From: Nitrospinota bacterium
GTDB taxonomy: Bacteria > UBA8248
Reading direction: 5' to 3'
DNA: 64,000 nt
Assembly: GCA_046581755.1 (NCBI GenBank)
Contig: JAYGFR010000090.1
Coordinates: 3,067-67,066, forward strand
Shown: one piece after another, positions 20,278 to 30,371 of the stretch
Position numbering within the stretch: position 1 is the first letter of the stretch
How the letters are laid out: each line of letters starts with the position of its first letter
Notes under the pieces: generated by a model
Databases searched by the model: none
Seen by the model: only the letters and a program-made list of their open reading frames with translations
What the model was told of the DNA's origin: nothing
Made by a program: the position numbers and the translations under genes

Positions 20278-21516
20278 CTAGGGCTGGTGCGCGGCTTCGC
20301 GGATTTTCTCTTCCGCGCGGAGAAAACCGCGCAAGGTGAACGGCAACGCCACTAGGAGCCCGGCCACGGCGACCGGCACGAGCCCCAACCGGTCCACGGC
20401 AAAACCGACGGCCGGCGCGAGAAGCATGGCGAAGAACGATTTTGCCTGGGCCTCGATGGAAAGAACAGTGGCCCCCGCCTCGGGCGAGCCTTGGGCATCG
20501 ATCCGGCTGATCAGGATCGGCCGCCAGATGTTTTGCGCCACGGCCAGGCCGATGAAGGCGGCGATGACCAGGGGCAGATAGCCCTTCCAAAGCCCAAAGG
20601 CCAAGGCGGCGTAAAGCGCTAGCGCCCCCGCCCAGATCAACCGGGCCGCCCGCTCCTCGGAACCCGCCGCTTCGCTCAGGCGGTACCCTCCCCGACTGGC
20701 AACGCTCGAAAGAAGGTGGAGGGCAAAATAAACGCCGCCCACCAGGACGGCGACGCGCTGATGTTCTTCCCAGACGGCAAGGACGGCGAGGCCCAGCGCC
20801 GCCTGCTTGATGACCGGTTGGATGTAGTCCTTGGCTACCTTGTAGGTTCCCTCGAAGCCCATCGACTCGCCGACGATGCGGCGCAGAGGCGGGAGCAAGA
20901 ACGTATGGCGGAGCGCGCTTTTCAAGTGCGAGAATACGGTGGCCATCCCGGCTCCCTTGCCGCGCTCTCCATCCAGGCTGGCCGGATACCCGAAAAAATT
21001 GACGATGCCGAAGAAGTAGGGAACCACCGCCAGCAGGAAGACGTCGCTGTAGCTCGCGCCCGAAAAAATATAGGCGGACGAGATCAAAACGGCGAGGGCG
21101 GAGCCCATCTTCGACCAGGAGCGCGTAAACCCGTAAAACCGGGTGCGCTCTCCCTCGCGCCCCTGCTCACGGAGCCATTCAAAAATCATAGCCTTGTGGG
21201 TCCCGGAGCGGAAGGCCTCGCCGAGGGCGAAAGCCAGCATCGCCGCGAACAGGGCGGCCAGCGAGGCCGCGTATCCGAAAATAAGAAACGAGACGATATA
21301 GGCGGCGAAGGAGAAGATCATCGCCCGGCGGCGCCCATAAAGATCCGCCACCACCCCGCTCGGAACCTCGAATAGGTTGACGCAGACCTCGCGGAACCCG
21401 ATCAGGAGACCGATCTGGAAAAACGAAAGCCCCTTCTCCCGGAAGGCCAGAATCAGAAATGGCTCAAAATAGGTCTGGTTCTTGAGAAACCCATAGAGCG
21501 AAAAACGAAACTTCAT
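20278..21516 (-). CDS. MFS transporter
   Basis: Twelve predicted transmembrane segments, with MFS-like motifs ADLYGRRRAMIFS and GYPASLDGERGKG. Confidence 0.7.
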   Translation of the reverse strand: MKFRFSLYGFLKNQTYFEPFLILAFREKGLSFFQIGLLIGFREVCVNLFEVPSGVVADLYGRRRAMIFSFAAYIVSFLIFGYAASLAALFAAMLAFALGEAFRSGTHKAMIFEWLREQGREGERTRFYGFTRSWSKMGSALAVLISSAYIFSGASYSDVFLLAVVPYFFGIVNFFGYPASLDGERGKGAGMATVFSHLKSALRHTFLLPPLRRIVGESMGFEGTYKVAKDYIQPVIKQAALGLAVLAVWEEHQRVAVLVGGVYFALHLLSSVASRGGYRLSEAAGSEERAARLIWAGALALYAALAFGLWKGYLPLVIAAFIGLAVAQNIWRPILISRIDAQGSPEAGATVLSIEAQAKSFFAMLLAPAVGFAVDRLGLVPVAVAGLLVALPFTLRGFLRAEEKIREAAHQP

Positions 21517-21738
21517 GGCACTCCTTCGCCGGCCCCCGCGGCGGAGGCCCCGAGAGTCACTTTACTGGCCCCGACCCAGAGGCGGCAAGTCGTAGATTGG
21601 GGTATACAATCCGGAGGAAAGTTCCTGTATAAGAGGGACAAAAGTAGCCGGGCCCGGCCCGCGAGGAGAGCGGGGAACCCGGATCGTCTCAAGGATACGG
21701 AAATTTTCGGCTGAAATCCGCCGCCGGGCTTCAGCGCA

Positions 21739-22470
21739 ATGATTCAGGAGGTCATCGCCATGAGATCGAGAGAATTCGCCTATTCGAGCGGACAACGGGT
21801 CCTCAGCACCGACGCCGCGGCGTTTATGCAGCGCGTCTACGGATGGATGTCCGCGGGCCTGGCGGTCACGGGCCTTAGCGCCTTCTACATCGCCTCGAGC
21901 CCCGCCGCCATTCAGTTCATCTTCGGCAGCCAGCTTTCCATATTTCTCGTCATCGGGGTCCAGCTCGGTCTGGTCTTTGCCATCCGCCCCGTCATGAAAA
22001 GGAGGGGCTCGTTCGTCGGGGCGATGATGTTCCTCGCTTACAGCGCCACCCTCGGCGTGACGGTATCCACCCTCCTGATCCGCTTTACGGGCCCCTCGGT
22101 AGCCCAGGCCTTTTTCGTCACGGCCGGCGCCTTCGGCGGGCTTACGATATTCGCCTTCGCGACCAAGCGCGATCTGTCGGGCTTGGGCAACTTCTGCGCG
22201 GTGGGGATAATTGGAATCATCCTCGCATCGGTCGTGAACATCTTTATGGGGAGCCCGGCCCTCCACTTCGCCATCAGCGTCATCGGGGTCTTGATCTTCG
22301 CCGGGCTGACCGCCTACGACACCCAGAAGATGAGGGAATACGCCCTCAGCCAGGACACCGACAACGAAACTGGCCGCCGCGCATCGATCATGGCGGCCCT
22401 CGAGCTCTACCTCGACTTCATCATGATGTTCATCTACCTCGCGCAAATTCTCGGCATCTCTCGCGACTAG
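21739..22470 (+). CDS. Bax inhibitor-1/YccA-family membrane protein
   Basis: Seven transmembrane segments and the BI-1 family C-terminal FLAYSATLGV...ELYLDFIMMFIYLAQILG. The start may be Met8 (21760). Confidence 0.7.
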   Translation: MIQEVIAMRSREFAYSSGQRVLSTDAAAFMQRVYGWMSAGLAVTGLSAFYIASSPAAIQFIFGSQLSIFLVIGVQLGLVFAIRPVMKRRGSFVGAMMFLAYSATLGVTVSTLLIRFTGPSVAQAFFVTAGAFGGLTIFAFATKRDLSGLGNFCAVGIIGIILASVVNIFMGSPALHFAISVIGVLIFAGLTAYDTQKMREYALSQDTDNETGRRASIMAALELYLDFIMMFIYLAQILGISRD

Positions 22471-22493
22471 ATTTAGGCCGCACACGCCAAAAA

Positions 22494-22522
22494 GCCGGGA
22501 CCCGAGGGTCCCGGCTTTTTTT
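22494..22522. terminator. Bidirectional rho-independent terminator
   Basis: Hairpin GCCGGGACCC-GAG-GGTCCCGGC flanked by an A5 tract on the 5' side and a T7 tract on the 3' side. It lies between the convergent BI-1 and M16 peptidase genes. Confidence 0.85.
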
Positions 22523-22539
22523 GTTCTCTCCGGACAAAA

Positions 22540-23793
22540 TCAGATCTTCAACACCGGCTCCACCTCATCTTCCATCGATTTTTCGGCGATGACGGAGGCG
22601 GTCATTTTTTCAGCCCGGAAGATGTCGCCTGCGACGCGCTGGATGTCCCCGGCGGTGACGGCGTTGATGTCCGCAATCTCCTCCTCGACGGTGTAGAGCC
22701 GGCCCCGAATGAGCAGGTTCGAGCCGTTGCGGCCGGCATAATAATCCGAGCTTTCGTTGATCTGGAGCCCGCCGCGGATGTGGCGCTTGGCCTCGTCGAG
22801 TTCATCCTCGCCGACGGGTTCGTTCTTCATGCGAGCCACCTCGGCGAGAGAGACCTCGACCGCCTCCCTGGCCTTTTCGAGGGCGACGCCGGCCTTGATC
22901 TCAACATAGCCCGCGTCCGAGTATCGGTTGGGATGCGCGCCCACGCTGTAGGCGAGGCCGCGCTTTTCGCGCACCTCGGTGAAGAGGCGGCTACTCATCT
23001 TCCCGCCCAGGATGTCGCACAAAAGCCTGAGGGCCGGGCCGTCGTCGTGGTTGACGCCGAAGGCGCGGAAGCCGATGGCGAGGTTCACCTGGTCGGTCTG
23101 GCGGACCTGCTCGACGTAGCTTTTTTTGCTCTCGTGGGGAAGGACCGGAGCCTGGGCCTGATCGGTGGCGCCCTCCCGGCCGCCGAAGAATTTCTCGGAA
23201 AGCGCGGCCACCTCTTCGTGGGAAATGCCGCCCGAAACCGAGATGACCGTGTTGCCCGGGGTGTACCAGTCGCGGATCAACTCGCGCATGTGCTCGGGCT
23301 CGATGGCGTTGATGGATTTCTTGTCCCCGATCACTCCGACCTGGAGGTTGAACATGGTGATCTCGAGCATCTCGGAGACCCAGGCGCGCGGCATGTCCTC
23401 GTACATCTTGAGCTCCTCGAGGATGACGTTGCGCTCGCGGTGCCACTCGTCTGCGTCGAGGAGGGAGTTGTTCACCGCGTCCGCGTAGACGTCGAGGACG
23501 GTCTCGAATACGTCGGCCGGGGCCTTGAAATGGTAGCAGGTGCGCTCGGAGCCTGTGTTGGCGTTGATCGTGGCGCCATTGCCCTCCATCTCGCGGGCGA
23601 TGTCGAGCGTGTTCCGGGTGGGGGTTCCCTTAAATATCATGTGTTCGAGTGCATGGGAGACGCCCACGACCTCGTCGCGCTCATGGCGGCCGCCACAGCC
23701 GAAGTAGATGTGAAAGGCCACCGCGGCGGAATCGGACAGCTCCGCCGTCACGACGCGGACACCGTTGGAGAGTTTGCTTTCGTTGATCTTCAT
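22540..23793 (-). CDS. M16-family zinc peptidase (pitrilysin/insulinase-like)
   Basis: Inverted zinc motif HALEHMIFKGT. Start taken at MKINESKLSNGVRVV (Met63 of the listed ORF), preceded by a GGAGG RBS. Confidence 0.8.
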   Translation of the reverse strand: MKINESKLSNGVRVVTAELSDSAAVAFHIYFGCGGRHERDEVVGVSHALEHMIFKGTPTRNTLDIAREMEGNGATINANTGSERTCYHFKAPADVFETVLDVYADAVNNSLLDADEWHRERNVILEELKMYEDMPRAWVSEMLEITMFNLQVGVIGDKKSINAIEPEHMRELIRDWYTPGNTVISVSGGISHEEVAALSEKFFGGREGATDQAQAPVLPHESKKSYVEQVRQTDQVNLAIGFRAFGVNHDDGPALRLLCDILGGKMSSRLFTEVREKRGLAYSVGAHPNRYSDAGYVEIKAGVALEKAREAVEVSLAEVARMKNEPVGEDELDEAKRHIRGGLQINESSDYYAGRNGSNLLIRGRLYTVEEEIADINAVTAGDIQRVAGDIFRAEKMTASVIAEKSMEDEVEPVLKI

Positions 23794-24031
23794 AAAACCT
23801 CCCGGAAAAACGCGGCGCTGCCCCGGGCCGCCGCGCGATACGAAGTCCTTTGAAATGGGTTGCCGGAGGTATTCCGGCTGACCTCCTATTATCACAAAAA
23901 AAGACGGGGGGACAGAATCGGAAAGCCTGGCGGGGAATCCCCGGGCCGGGAAAAAAGCCGCGTCGCCGGCCATGGACAATTCGCCGGATTGTTCCTATAT
24001 TCAATAAACCGTCTTCTTAAAGGAGTGTGAC

Positions 24032-24274
24032 GTGGCAGAAATTTCCCTATACCGGGCCCCGCCTGTCGCCAATGTCAGGGGAGACGGACAGTTCCGGTTT
24101 CCCCGTCCGCGGGGCGTGGGCCGAGCGCCGGTGTTCGGTCCGCCGCAACTTGACATCACCTTGCAGAACCGGAGCTTTTCCGACCAGGCCGATGCCGAGA
24201 TCCCCGCCGTGCTGGCCAACCGGGTCAACGAGATCACCCTGGAGCGCGGGGGCACGATCAATCTGACCGCCTGA
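24032..24274 (+). CDS. Hypothetical small protein (80 aa), GTG start
   Basis: AAGGAG RBS 8 nt upstream of the GTG, with a TATATT box upstream. No recognisable domain. Confidence 0.35.
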   Translation: MAEISLYRAPPVANVRGDGQFRFPRPRGVGRAPVFGPPQLDITLQNRSFSDQADAEIPAVLANRVNEITLERGGTINLTA

Positions 24275-24332
24275 TCCCACGCGATCGACTCACGCACCAT
24301 CCTCACCCTTCGGAATTTTCCGGGAGGTTCGC

Positions 24333-24791
24333 ATGAACCCCGCAAGACATCTTGGCGCGGGCGCCGCATTGGGCGCCGGCTTCTATCTCGCCTCGGGCGA
24401 TCCGGCGAGCGCGGCGGCCCTCGGGGCGGGATGCTTTATTCTCGATGCCGATCACATATTCGACTTTTTACGCGACCAGGGTTTCAGAAAGAGCCTGGCA
24501 CTCCTGCGGGAAGGGGCCGTGGGCGGGCGCCGGATCAAGCTCCGCCGCCTGTATCTATGGTTTCACAGCTGGGACGCCCTCCTCGCCCTGGCCGTGTATT
24601 CTTTTTTCTTTCTCGAGAACCGGCCGCTGATGGCACTCCTGGCCGGGGCGGCGGTTCACCTCGGCATGGATCAGATCGGGAACCGCGGAGCGCGCGGGCT
24701 GACCTATATACTCGCCTACCGGATTTGGAAGGGCTTCAGGAGAGAGGATCTTGTCGCCGATGAACCCGGCGGAATGGAGATGGAGGGATGA
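24333..24791 (+). CDS. Hypothetical membrane protein (152 aa)
   Basis: GGAGG RBS upstream of the ATG and three to four hydrophobic segments. No recognisable domain. Confidence 0.4.
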   Translation: MNPARHLGAGAALGAGFYLASGDPASAAALGAGCFILDADHIFDFLRDQGFRKSLALLREGAVGGRRIKLRRLYLWFHSWDALLALAVYSFFFLENRPLMALLAGAAVHLGMDQIGNRGARGLTYILAYRIWKGFRREDLVADEPGGMEMEG

Positions 24792-24883
24792 CAGACGGCC
24801 GAAGTGCCACTGAAAGTGCCACTCCCGCCCCAAATGACCACGCCGCGCAGGACCCGCCGAATAGCACAAGCCATTGAAAAAAA

Positions 24884-24970
24884 TGGTGCCGGAGAAAGGA
24901 CTTGAACCTTCACAGGGCGAACCCTACTAGAACCTGAATCTAGCGCGTCTACCAATTCCGCCACTCCGGC
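24884..24970 (-). tRNA. tRNA-Leu (anticodon CAG)
   Basis: Reverse complement GCCGGAGTGGCGGAATTGGTAGACGCGCTAGATTCAGGTTCTAGTAGGGTTCGCCCTGTGAAGGTTCAAGTCCTTTCTCCGGCACCA. It has a 7-bp acceptor stem, an anticodon loop UUCAGGU, a long variable arm, a GGTTCAAGTCC T-arm and an encoded CCA. Confidence 0.9.
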
Positions 24971-25064
24971 ACAGGAAGTGTATATAGAAAGTCCGGCATA
25001 TAATGTCAAGATAGCCGATTCCCCGGGGTCCCATTTCCAGGCAACCGATGCAAACGGGCGGACC

Positions 25065-25331
25065 ATGACTGACCCTGCAGGGCCTCCAGTCAGGCTGGTT
25101 TTTTACACACGGGCGAATTGCCCCCTCTGCGATGAGGCGAAGGCCCAGATCCGCGCCAGCATCCCGGAGATCGATATCGAGGAGATCGACGTGGACTCCG
25201 ACCCCGCCCTCGCCGTCCGCTGGGGAGAAGAGGTCCCGGTCGGCTTCGTGGGGGCGGAGAAAGCCTTCAAATACCACGTCGATATCCGGCGCCTTCGCCG
25301 CCTCCTGAAAAGCGCGCGGCGCGGCCGCTAG
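25065..25331 (+). CDS. Glutaredoxin-like thioredoxin-fold protein (CPLC motif; DUF836-like)
   Basis: VRLVFYTRANCPLCDEAKAQI. Start taken at Met30 of the listed ORF. Confidence 0.55.
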   Translation: MTDPAGPPVRLVFYTRANCPLCDEAKAQIRASIPEIDIEEIDVDSDPALAVRWGEEVPVGFVGAEKAFKYHVDIRRLRRLLKSARRGR

Positions 25332-25344
25332 CGGATTAACGCCG

Positions 25345-25968
25345 ATGGCCCTCCTCGCCTTCTACGGAATGGTGGTGGCGATCTCCCTGTCCGGGGTGAT
25401 GGCCCCGGGGCCCCTCACGGCGCTCACCCTGGCCCGGGGCCGCCGCGACGCCCTGGCTGGATTTTGGATCAATACCGGACACGCCATCGCCGAAACGCCG
25501 CTCATCCTCGCCCTCCTGGCGGGGCTGGGGCCTTTTCTCGAATCGCCCGCCATTTACCGGGCCATCTCCCTTGCGGGCGGGGGCGTCCTTCTCTGGATGG
25601 GGCTGAACCTCATTCGGGGGCGCCCTGGTGGCAGCCCGGATTCGTCCGCGGGCAAGCGCGGGCCCGTCCTCGAGGGCATTGCCATGACAGCGTTCAACCC
25701 CTACTGGCTGCTTTGGTGGCTGACGGTGGGGGCGGGCCTGATCGCGCGCGCCCGGGCGTTTTCGGCCGGGTGGATCATGGCAGGGATGGTGGCCCTCCAC
25801 CTGGCCTGCGATCTGGCCTGGGGAACGTTTCTCTCCTGGGCGGCGCACCGGGGTGGCGGGGCTTTCCGCCCGGAGGGATGGCGCCGCGTCGAGATAGGCT
25901 GCGGCGGAGTGCTGATCGCCTTTGGCGCGTATTTTCTCTACGAGGGAGCCTGGAAGGTTTCCGGCTGA
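25345..25968 (+). CDS. LysE/RhtB-family amino-acid exporter
   Basis: Six transmembrane segments and the N-terminal SGVMAPGPLTALTLARG signature. Confidence 0.7.
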   Translation: MALLAFYGMVVAISLSGVMAPGPLTALTLARGRRDALAGFWINTGHAIAETPLILALLAGLGPFLESPAIYRAISLAGGGVLLWMGLNLIRGRPGGSPDSSAGKRGPVLEGIAMTAFNPYWLLWWLTVGAGLIARARAFSAGWIMAGMVALHLACDLAWGTFLSWAAHRGGGAFRPEGWRRVEIGCGGVLIAFGAYFLYEGAWKVSG

Positions 25969-26903
25969 GGGGCATCCGCGAGCCGCTGCTTTCCCAACTC
26001 GATATCGGCGCGGATGCGCACGACGAGTTCGTCCGGCCCCGAGAATTTGATCTCCTCCCGAAGGCGCGAGACAAATTCAAGCCGGAGGGTTTCGCCGTAA
26101 AGATCCCGTCCACCTTCGAGCAAATGGGCCTCGACGGTGACATCCCTGCCCTCGAAGGTGGGCCGCTCTCCGATGTTCGTCACCGCCGGAAGCCGCCGAC
26201 CCTCCCGGCCGCCGATGAGGGCCCAGCAGGCATACACCCCGTTCGCCGGAATCAGAATGGGCGGATAGTCGACGTTCGCCGTCGGGATACCGATTCCGCG
26301 CCCCCGGCCCTCCCCCCGAACGACGGGACCTTCGATGACGTGGTAGCCGCCCAGAAGGGTCGAGGCCTCATCGACGTTTCCGGCCAGCAGCAGCCTCCTG
26401 ATGGCCGAGCTGCTCACCCGCTGTCCCCCGGCCATGAAGGCTTCGATCTCGCGCGTCTCGAACCCCCACTTTCCCCCTTCCCGGCGCAGGAGTTCGACAT
26501 TGCCTGCCGCGCCCTTGCCATAATGGAAATTAAAGCCCACGAACACGATATCGGGGCACAGTTTTTCGTGCACGATTTTCCGGACAAATTCGCCGGGCTC
26601 CATCCGCGCGAGCTCGGGCGTGAACGGCTGAACAACGGTCAGATCCACTCCCCGGGCGGCGAGGCGGGCCAGCTTTTCTTCCAGCGTAGTCATGAACGGA
26701 GGGCACCGTTCGGGGGCGACGACGGAAAGGGGATGGGGATCGAACGTGAGAATCGCACTCCGACCGCCGCGTTCGGCCGCGGCTTCCCGGATCTGCCGGC
26801 AGATATGGCGGTGCGCCTGGTGAACGCCGTCGAAATTGCCGATGCTCAAGATGGTGCGCCCGCCCTCGGAGGGAATCGAATCGAGATCTCGAATTACATC
26901 CAA
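25938..26903 (-). CDS. ribF: Bifunctional riboflavin kinase / FMN adenylyltransferase
   Basis: ILSIGNFDGVHQAHRHI (FAD synthetase HxGH motif) and the C-terminal riboflavin kinase GRGIGIPTAN. Confidence 0.9.
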   Translation of the reverse strand: MDVIRDLDSIPSEGGRTILSIGNFDGVHQAHRHICRQIREAAAERGGRSAILTFDPHPLSVVAPERCPPFMTTLEEKLARLAARGVDLTVVQPFTPELARMEPGEFVRKIVHEKLCPDIVFVGFNFHYGKGAAGNVELLRREGGKWGFETREIEAFMAGGQRVSSSAIRRLLLAGNVDEASTLLGGYHVIEGPVVRGEGRGRGIGIPTANVDYPPILIPANGVYACWALIGGREGRRLPAVTNIGERPTFEGRDVTVEAHLLEGGRDLYGETLRLEFVSRLREEIKFSGPDELVVRIRADIELGKQRLADAPQPETFQAPS

Positions 26904-27232
26904 TGGAAAACCACCTCAAATGGAAAGGGCCGCCTTATGGCCGGGCGACGAAGGCTCCTTTCTAGCAAAGAGAACCGCTCCGCCGCAAGAAAAGGGGCGG
27001 GCAGGACCGAATCCCCGTTCCAACCGCCCCAAATCAAAAGAAAAAGACTCCCTCGCTTTCATTGCATACTCCATTCGCTTTTGAGTAGGATGACGGTCAT
27101 ACGGCAGGCCCGTGAGGGCATCCAGCCCCAACGGACAACATGATGGATGCGTGCGGTCCGGGGCAATGAATGTTCCGCGCCACCCGCCTTCTATTGCCGG
27201 ATTTATTGGATTTAAGGGAAGAACAAGCGTTT

Positions 27233-28843
27233 ATGAAAAACCTCCTTCCGCTGCTCGCGAAACATGGCGCCATCGTTATTCTCACCGCCGCCCTCCCGGT
27301 CCTGGCCGGAGCCGCTCCGAAACCATCCGGGCCTCCGGTCAAGAATCTGATTTTCGAGCATCCCAGAGGGCCATCCTCCGCCCCAAAGGTGACGGGGGCG
27401 CACCTGAAACTCTCCCTCCGCGAAGCCATCACGCTGGCTCTTGCCCGAAACTTCGAAATCGCCATCGAGGCCCACAACCCGCGCATCCGGCAAAACGAGG
27501 TAACCGAGGAAAAATCCGCGTTCGACCCGGCCGTCAGGGCGGGAGCCGACGCCAAAAAATCGAGAGCCGACACGCCGAGCCGTCTCTTCGCTGGCGGGGG
27601 GCAGCAGGTTGTGAGCGAGCAGATTCTCTCGGCCGGCATCGTGAAGAAGACCGTAACGGGCGCCGAACTCTCACTCATCTTCAAGACGATCCGGGAGAAC
27701 TCGAATTCCCGGCAAAAGTTCATCAACCCGGACTTCGACTCCTCCCTGACCTTCACGATTTCCCAGCCATTGCTCAAAAACTACGGGGTCGATGTCAACA
27801 AGGCCGGTATCCGCATCGCCGCAGTCGCGTTTGACCAGTCCCTGCTGGCCTACCGGGGCAAGGTAATCTCGGTCATCGAGCGCGTGGAGTTGGCCTATTG
27901 GGATCTGGTGTTCGCCATCTCCAATACAGCTTTTCGGAAAAAATCGCTCGATCTCGCCAGGGACCTGCTCCGCCGCAACCGGATCCAGGTCGAGGTGGGA
28001 ACGCTGGCCCCCATCGAAATTCTTGAGGCCCAGGCGGCTGTGGCCACCCGCGAGGAGGAAGTCATAGTCGCCGAGCGCACCCTGAAAGACCGGGAGGATG
28101 TCCTGAAGAAACTTCTCAACGTCTCCGGCAGCCTCTCTTCCTGGAGACTTCGGATATCCCCGGCAGATCGGCCCGTCTTCAAGCCGGTCAAAATTGACGA
28201 AATGGCATCCGCCCTGCGGGCGCTCAAAACGCGCGCCGACCTGGAATCCGCGCGCCTCGAAATCGAAAAGAACAAAATTCGCCTCAAACGGGACCGGCGA
28301 AACCTGCTCCCCGACCTCGATCTTTCGGCAAGCGCATCGAACCAGGGGGTCAACGACAGCTTCTCGAATTCCATCGATCGCCAGAGCGGCAACAAGGGCT
28401 ATTCCTTTTCGGGAGGGCTCAGCTTCCGGCTACCGTTCGGCAACCGCGAGGCGAAGGCCAGAGTGGGCAAGTCGCGCGTTCAGCTTCAGCAGGCTAACGC
28501 CACCTATGCCCAGCTGGAGCAATCCATCATCGAAGAGGTCCGCCGGAGCGTGCGCCGGGTGCGAACAGACATCAAGCGCATCCAGGCCTCCCGCCTCGCC
28601 CGCCGGCTGGCCGAAGATCGCCTGGATGCGCAGGAGAAAAAATACCAGGTCGGCCTCTCCACGAGCCGTGACGTACTCGAGGATCAGGAGCGGGTGGCCA
28701 ATGCGCTCACCAACGAGGTTCAGGCGCTGGTCGACTACAACAAAAGCCTGGCCCAGCTGGGGCGCGTCTCCTACTCTACCCTCCAGCGGTTCAAAATCCA
28801 GATGGGAGATCCTCTCAAGGGCGACCGGAGCGCCAAGCCGTGA
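27233..28843 (+). CDS. TolC-family outer-membrane efflux protein
   Basis: Signal peptide MKNLLPLLAKHGAIVILTAALPVLAGA followed by two OEP repeats. Start taken at Met22 of the listed ORF. Confidence 0.8.
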   Translation: MKNLLPLLAKHGAIVILTAALPVLAGAAPKPSGPPVKNLIFEHPRGPSSAPKVTGAHLKLSLREAITLALARNFEIAIEAHNPRIRQNEVTEEKSAFDPAVRAGADAKKSRADTPSRLFAGGGQQVVSEQILSAGIVKKTVTGAELSLIFKTIRENSNSRQKFINPDFDSSLTFTISQPLLKNYGVDVNKAGIRIAAVAFDQSLLAYRGKVISVIERVELAYWDLVFAISNTAFRKKSLDLARDLLRRNRIQVEVGTLAPIEILEAQAAVATREEEVIVAERTLKDREDVLKKLLNVSGSLSSWRLRISPADRPVFKPVKIDEMASALRALKTRADLESARLEIEKNKIRLKRDRRNLLPDLDLSASASNQGVNDSFSNSIDRQSGNKGYSFSGGLSFRLPFGNREAKARVGKSRVQLQQANATYAQLEQSIIEEVRRSVRRVRTDIKRIQASRLARRLAEDRLDAQEKKYQVGLSTSRDVLEDQERVANALTNEVQALVDYNKSLAQLGRVSYSTLQRFKIQMGDPLKGDRSAKP

Positions 28844-29277
28844 GCATCCGGATCATGGGGGTCGACTACGGAGAAAAGCGGGTCGGGCTTGCCCTCAGCG
28901 ATCCGTTGGGCATCACGGCCCAGCCGCTCGAGTGCATCGAGCGCGAAAACGACGCCCAAGTGGCCGGCGAACTCGAACGCCTCATCCAGACACACGATAT
29001 CGAACGCGTGGTCGTGGGACTGCCCGTCAACCTTTCCGGAAATGACTCCCCCCAAACCAAGCGCGCCCGGCGGTTCATCTCGAGGCTGCGGAAAAATCTC
29101 GGCGTCAAAATCGAGACCTGGGATGAGAGGCTGAGTTCGGACGAAGCCGAGCGGGCATTGATCGACATGGATGTCCGCCGTAGCCGCCGCAAAGAGCGCC
29201 GGGACATCGTAGCGGCGCAGCTCATTCTCCAAGGCTACCTGGATACCAAGGGGCCAGCCAAAGCTCTTTATTCATGA
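28840..29277 (+). CDS. ruvX: Putative pre-16S rRNA nuclease / Holliday-junction resolvase-like YqgF
   Basis: IMGVDYGEKRVGLALSD...VVVGLPVNLSGNDSPQTKRARRF. Confidence 0.85.
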   Translation: MSIRIMGVDYGEKRVGLALSDPLGITAQPLECIERENDAQVAGELERLIQTHDIERVVVGLPVNLSGNDSPQTKRARRFISRLRKNLGVKIETWDERLSSDEAERALIDMDVRRSRRKERRDIVAAQLILQGYLDTKGPAKALYS

Positions 29278-30371
29278 GCGAAGATGGCCCCATATCGCCC
29301 GAAACCCACGAGCCGGAGACCTCCTCGGCCAATTCGCCGCCCCCGTCTCGTCGGCGCTGGTTCAAGCCCGTCCTGGCTTTCGCCTTGCTCACCGCTACAG
29401 GCGCATGGGCCGGATACGCGTTTTTGGAGCGAAATTTCGATCGGCCCACGGCGCCTTCGCGCACAGGAAAAATCCTCTTCCGGGTGAAGGCGGGGATGGG
29501 CCTCGGAAAAATCTCCCGGGAACTCGCCCGGGCGGGCCTCATCCGCCGCCCGCGCATCTTTCAGCTCCAGGTCCGCCTGCGCGGAGGAGCCCACCGGATT
29601 TTCGTTGGAACCTACCGCCTCAGCCCCTCCATGCCACCCCGGCGGATTTACCGGATCATCATCGAAGGTCGGGTGGCCGAGCGCTCCATCACGATTCCCG
29701 AAGGGTTCAATCTCAAGGAAATCGCCGCCCTCATCGAAAAAGCCGGATTCGGGAAGCGAAGCGAGGTACTCCGATTGGCACGGGATCCCGCCTTTTTATC
29801 CAATCTTCATATCCGGGAAGATTCGCTCGAGGGATATCTTTTCCCCGATACCTACAGATTTCCCCTGGACACCCCGCCCCGGCGCATTCTCGCCAAACTG
29901 GTCAGGACCCTCCGCCAAAAATTCGGCCCGGAACTGGCTAAGCGGGCCAGCGAAGTCAACCTGAGCCTCCATGAAACATTAACCCTGGCCTCGGTCATCG
30001 AAAAAGAAACATCGCTAGACGCCGAGCGTCCGCTGGTCGCCGCGGTCTTCGTCAACCGCCTTCGCAGGAAGATGCGCCTTCAGAGCGACCCGACCGTCAT
30101 TTACGCGTTGCCCCATTACGACGGAAATATCCGGCGCGAGGATTTGGCCTATGATTCGCGCTATAACACCTATCGTTACAAGGGATTGCCCCCCGGGCCG
30201 ATCGCCAGCCCCGGCTTCGCCTCCATCCGGGCGGCCCTCTATCCCGCCCAGGTGGATTACCTGTATTTCGTCGCCAACCTGAAGGGAGGGCATCAATTCT
30301 CCCGCACCTACCGCGAACACAGGAAAGCCGTCTGGCGCTTCCAGAAAAGGAAACGCGCGGTTGACCGGTAA
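29274..30371 (+). CDS. mltG: Endolytic murein transglycosylase MltG (YceG family)
   Basis: N-terminal transmembrane segment followed by the YceG domain (LEGYLFPDTYRF, LTLASVIEKE, QSDPTVIYA). Confidence 0.8.
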   Translation: MSEDGPISPETHEPETSSANSPPPSRRRWFKPVLAFALLTATGAWAGYAFLERNFDRPTAPSRTGKILFRVKAGMGLGKISRELARAGLIRRPRIFQLQVRLRGGAHRIFVGTYRLSPSMPPRRIYRIIIEGRVAERSITIPEGFNLKEIAALIEKAGFGKRSEVLRLARDPAFLSNLHIREDSLEGYLFPDTYRFPLDTPPRRILAKLVRTLRQKFGPELAKRASEVNLSLHETLTLASVIEKETSLDAERPLVAAVFVNRLRRKMRLQSDPTVIYALPHYDGNIRREDLAYDSRYNTYRYKGLPPGPIASPGFASIRAALYPAQVDYLYFVANLKGGHQFSRTYREHRKAVWRFQKRKRAVDR

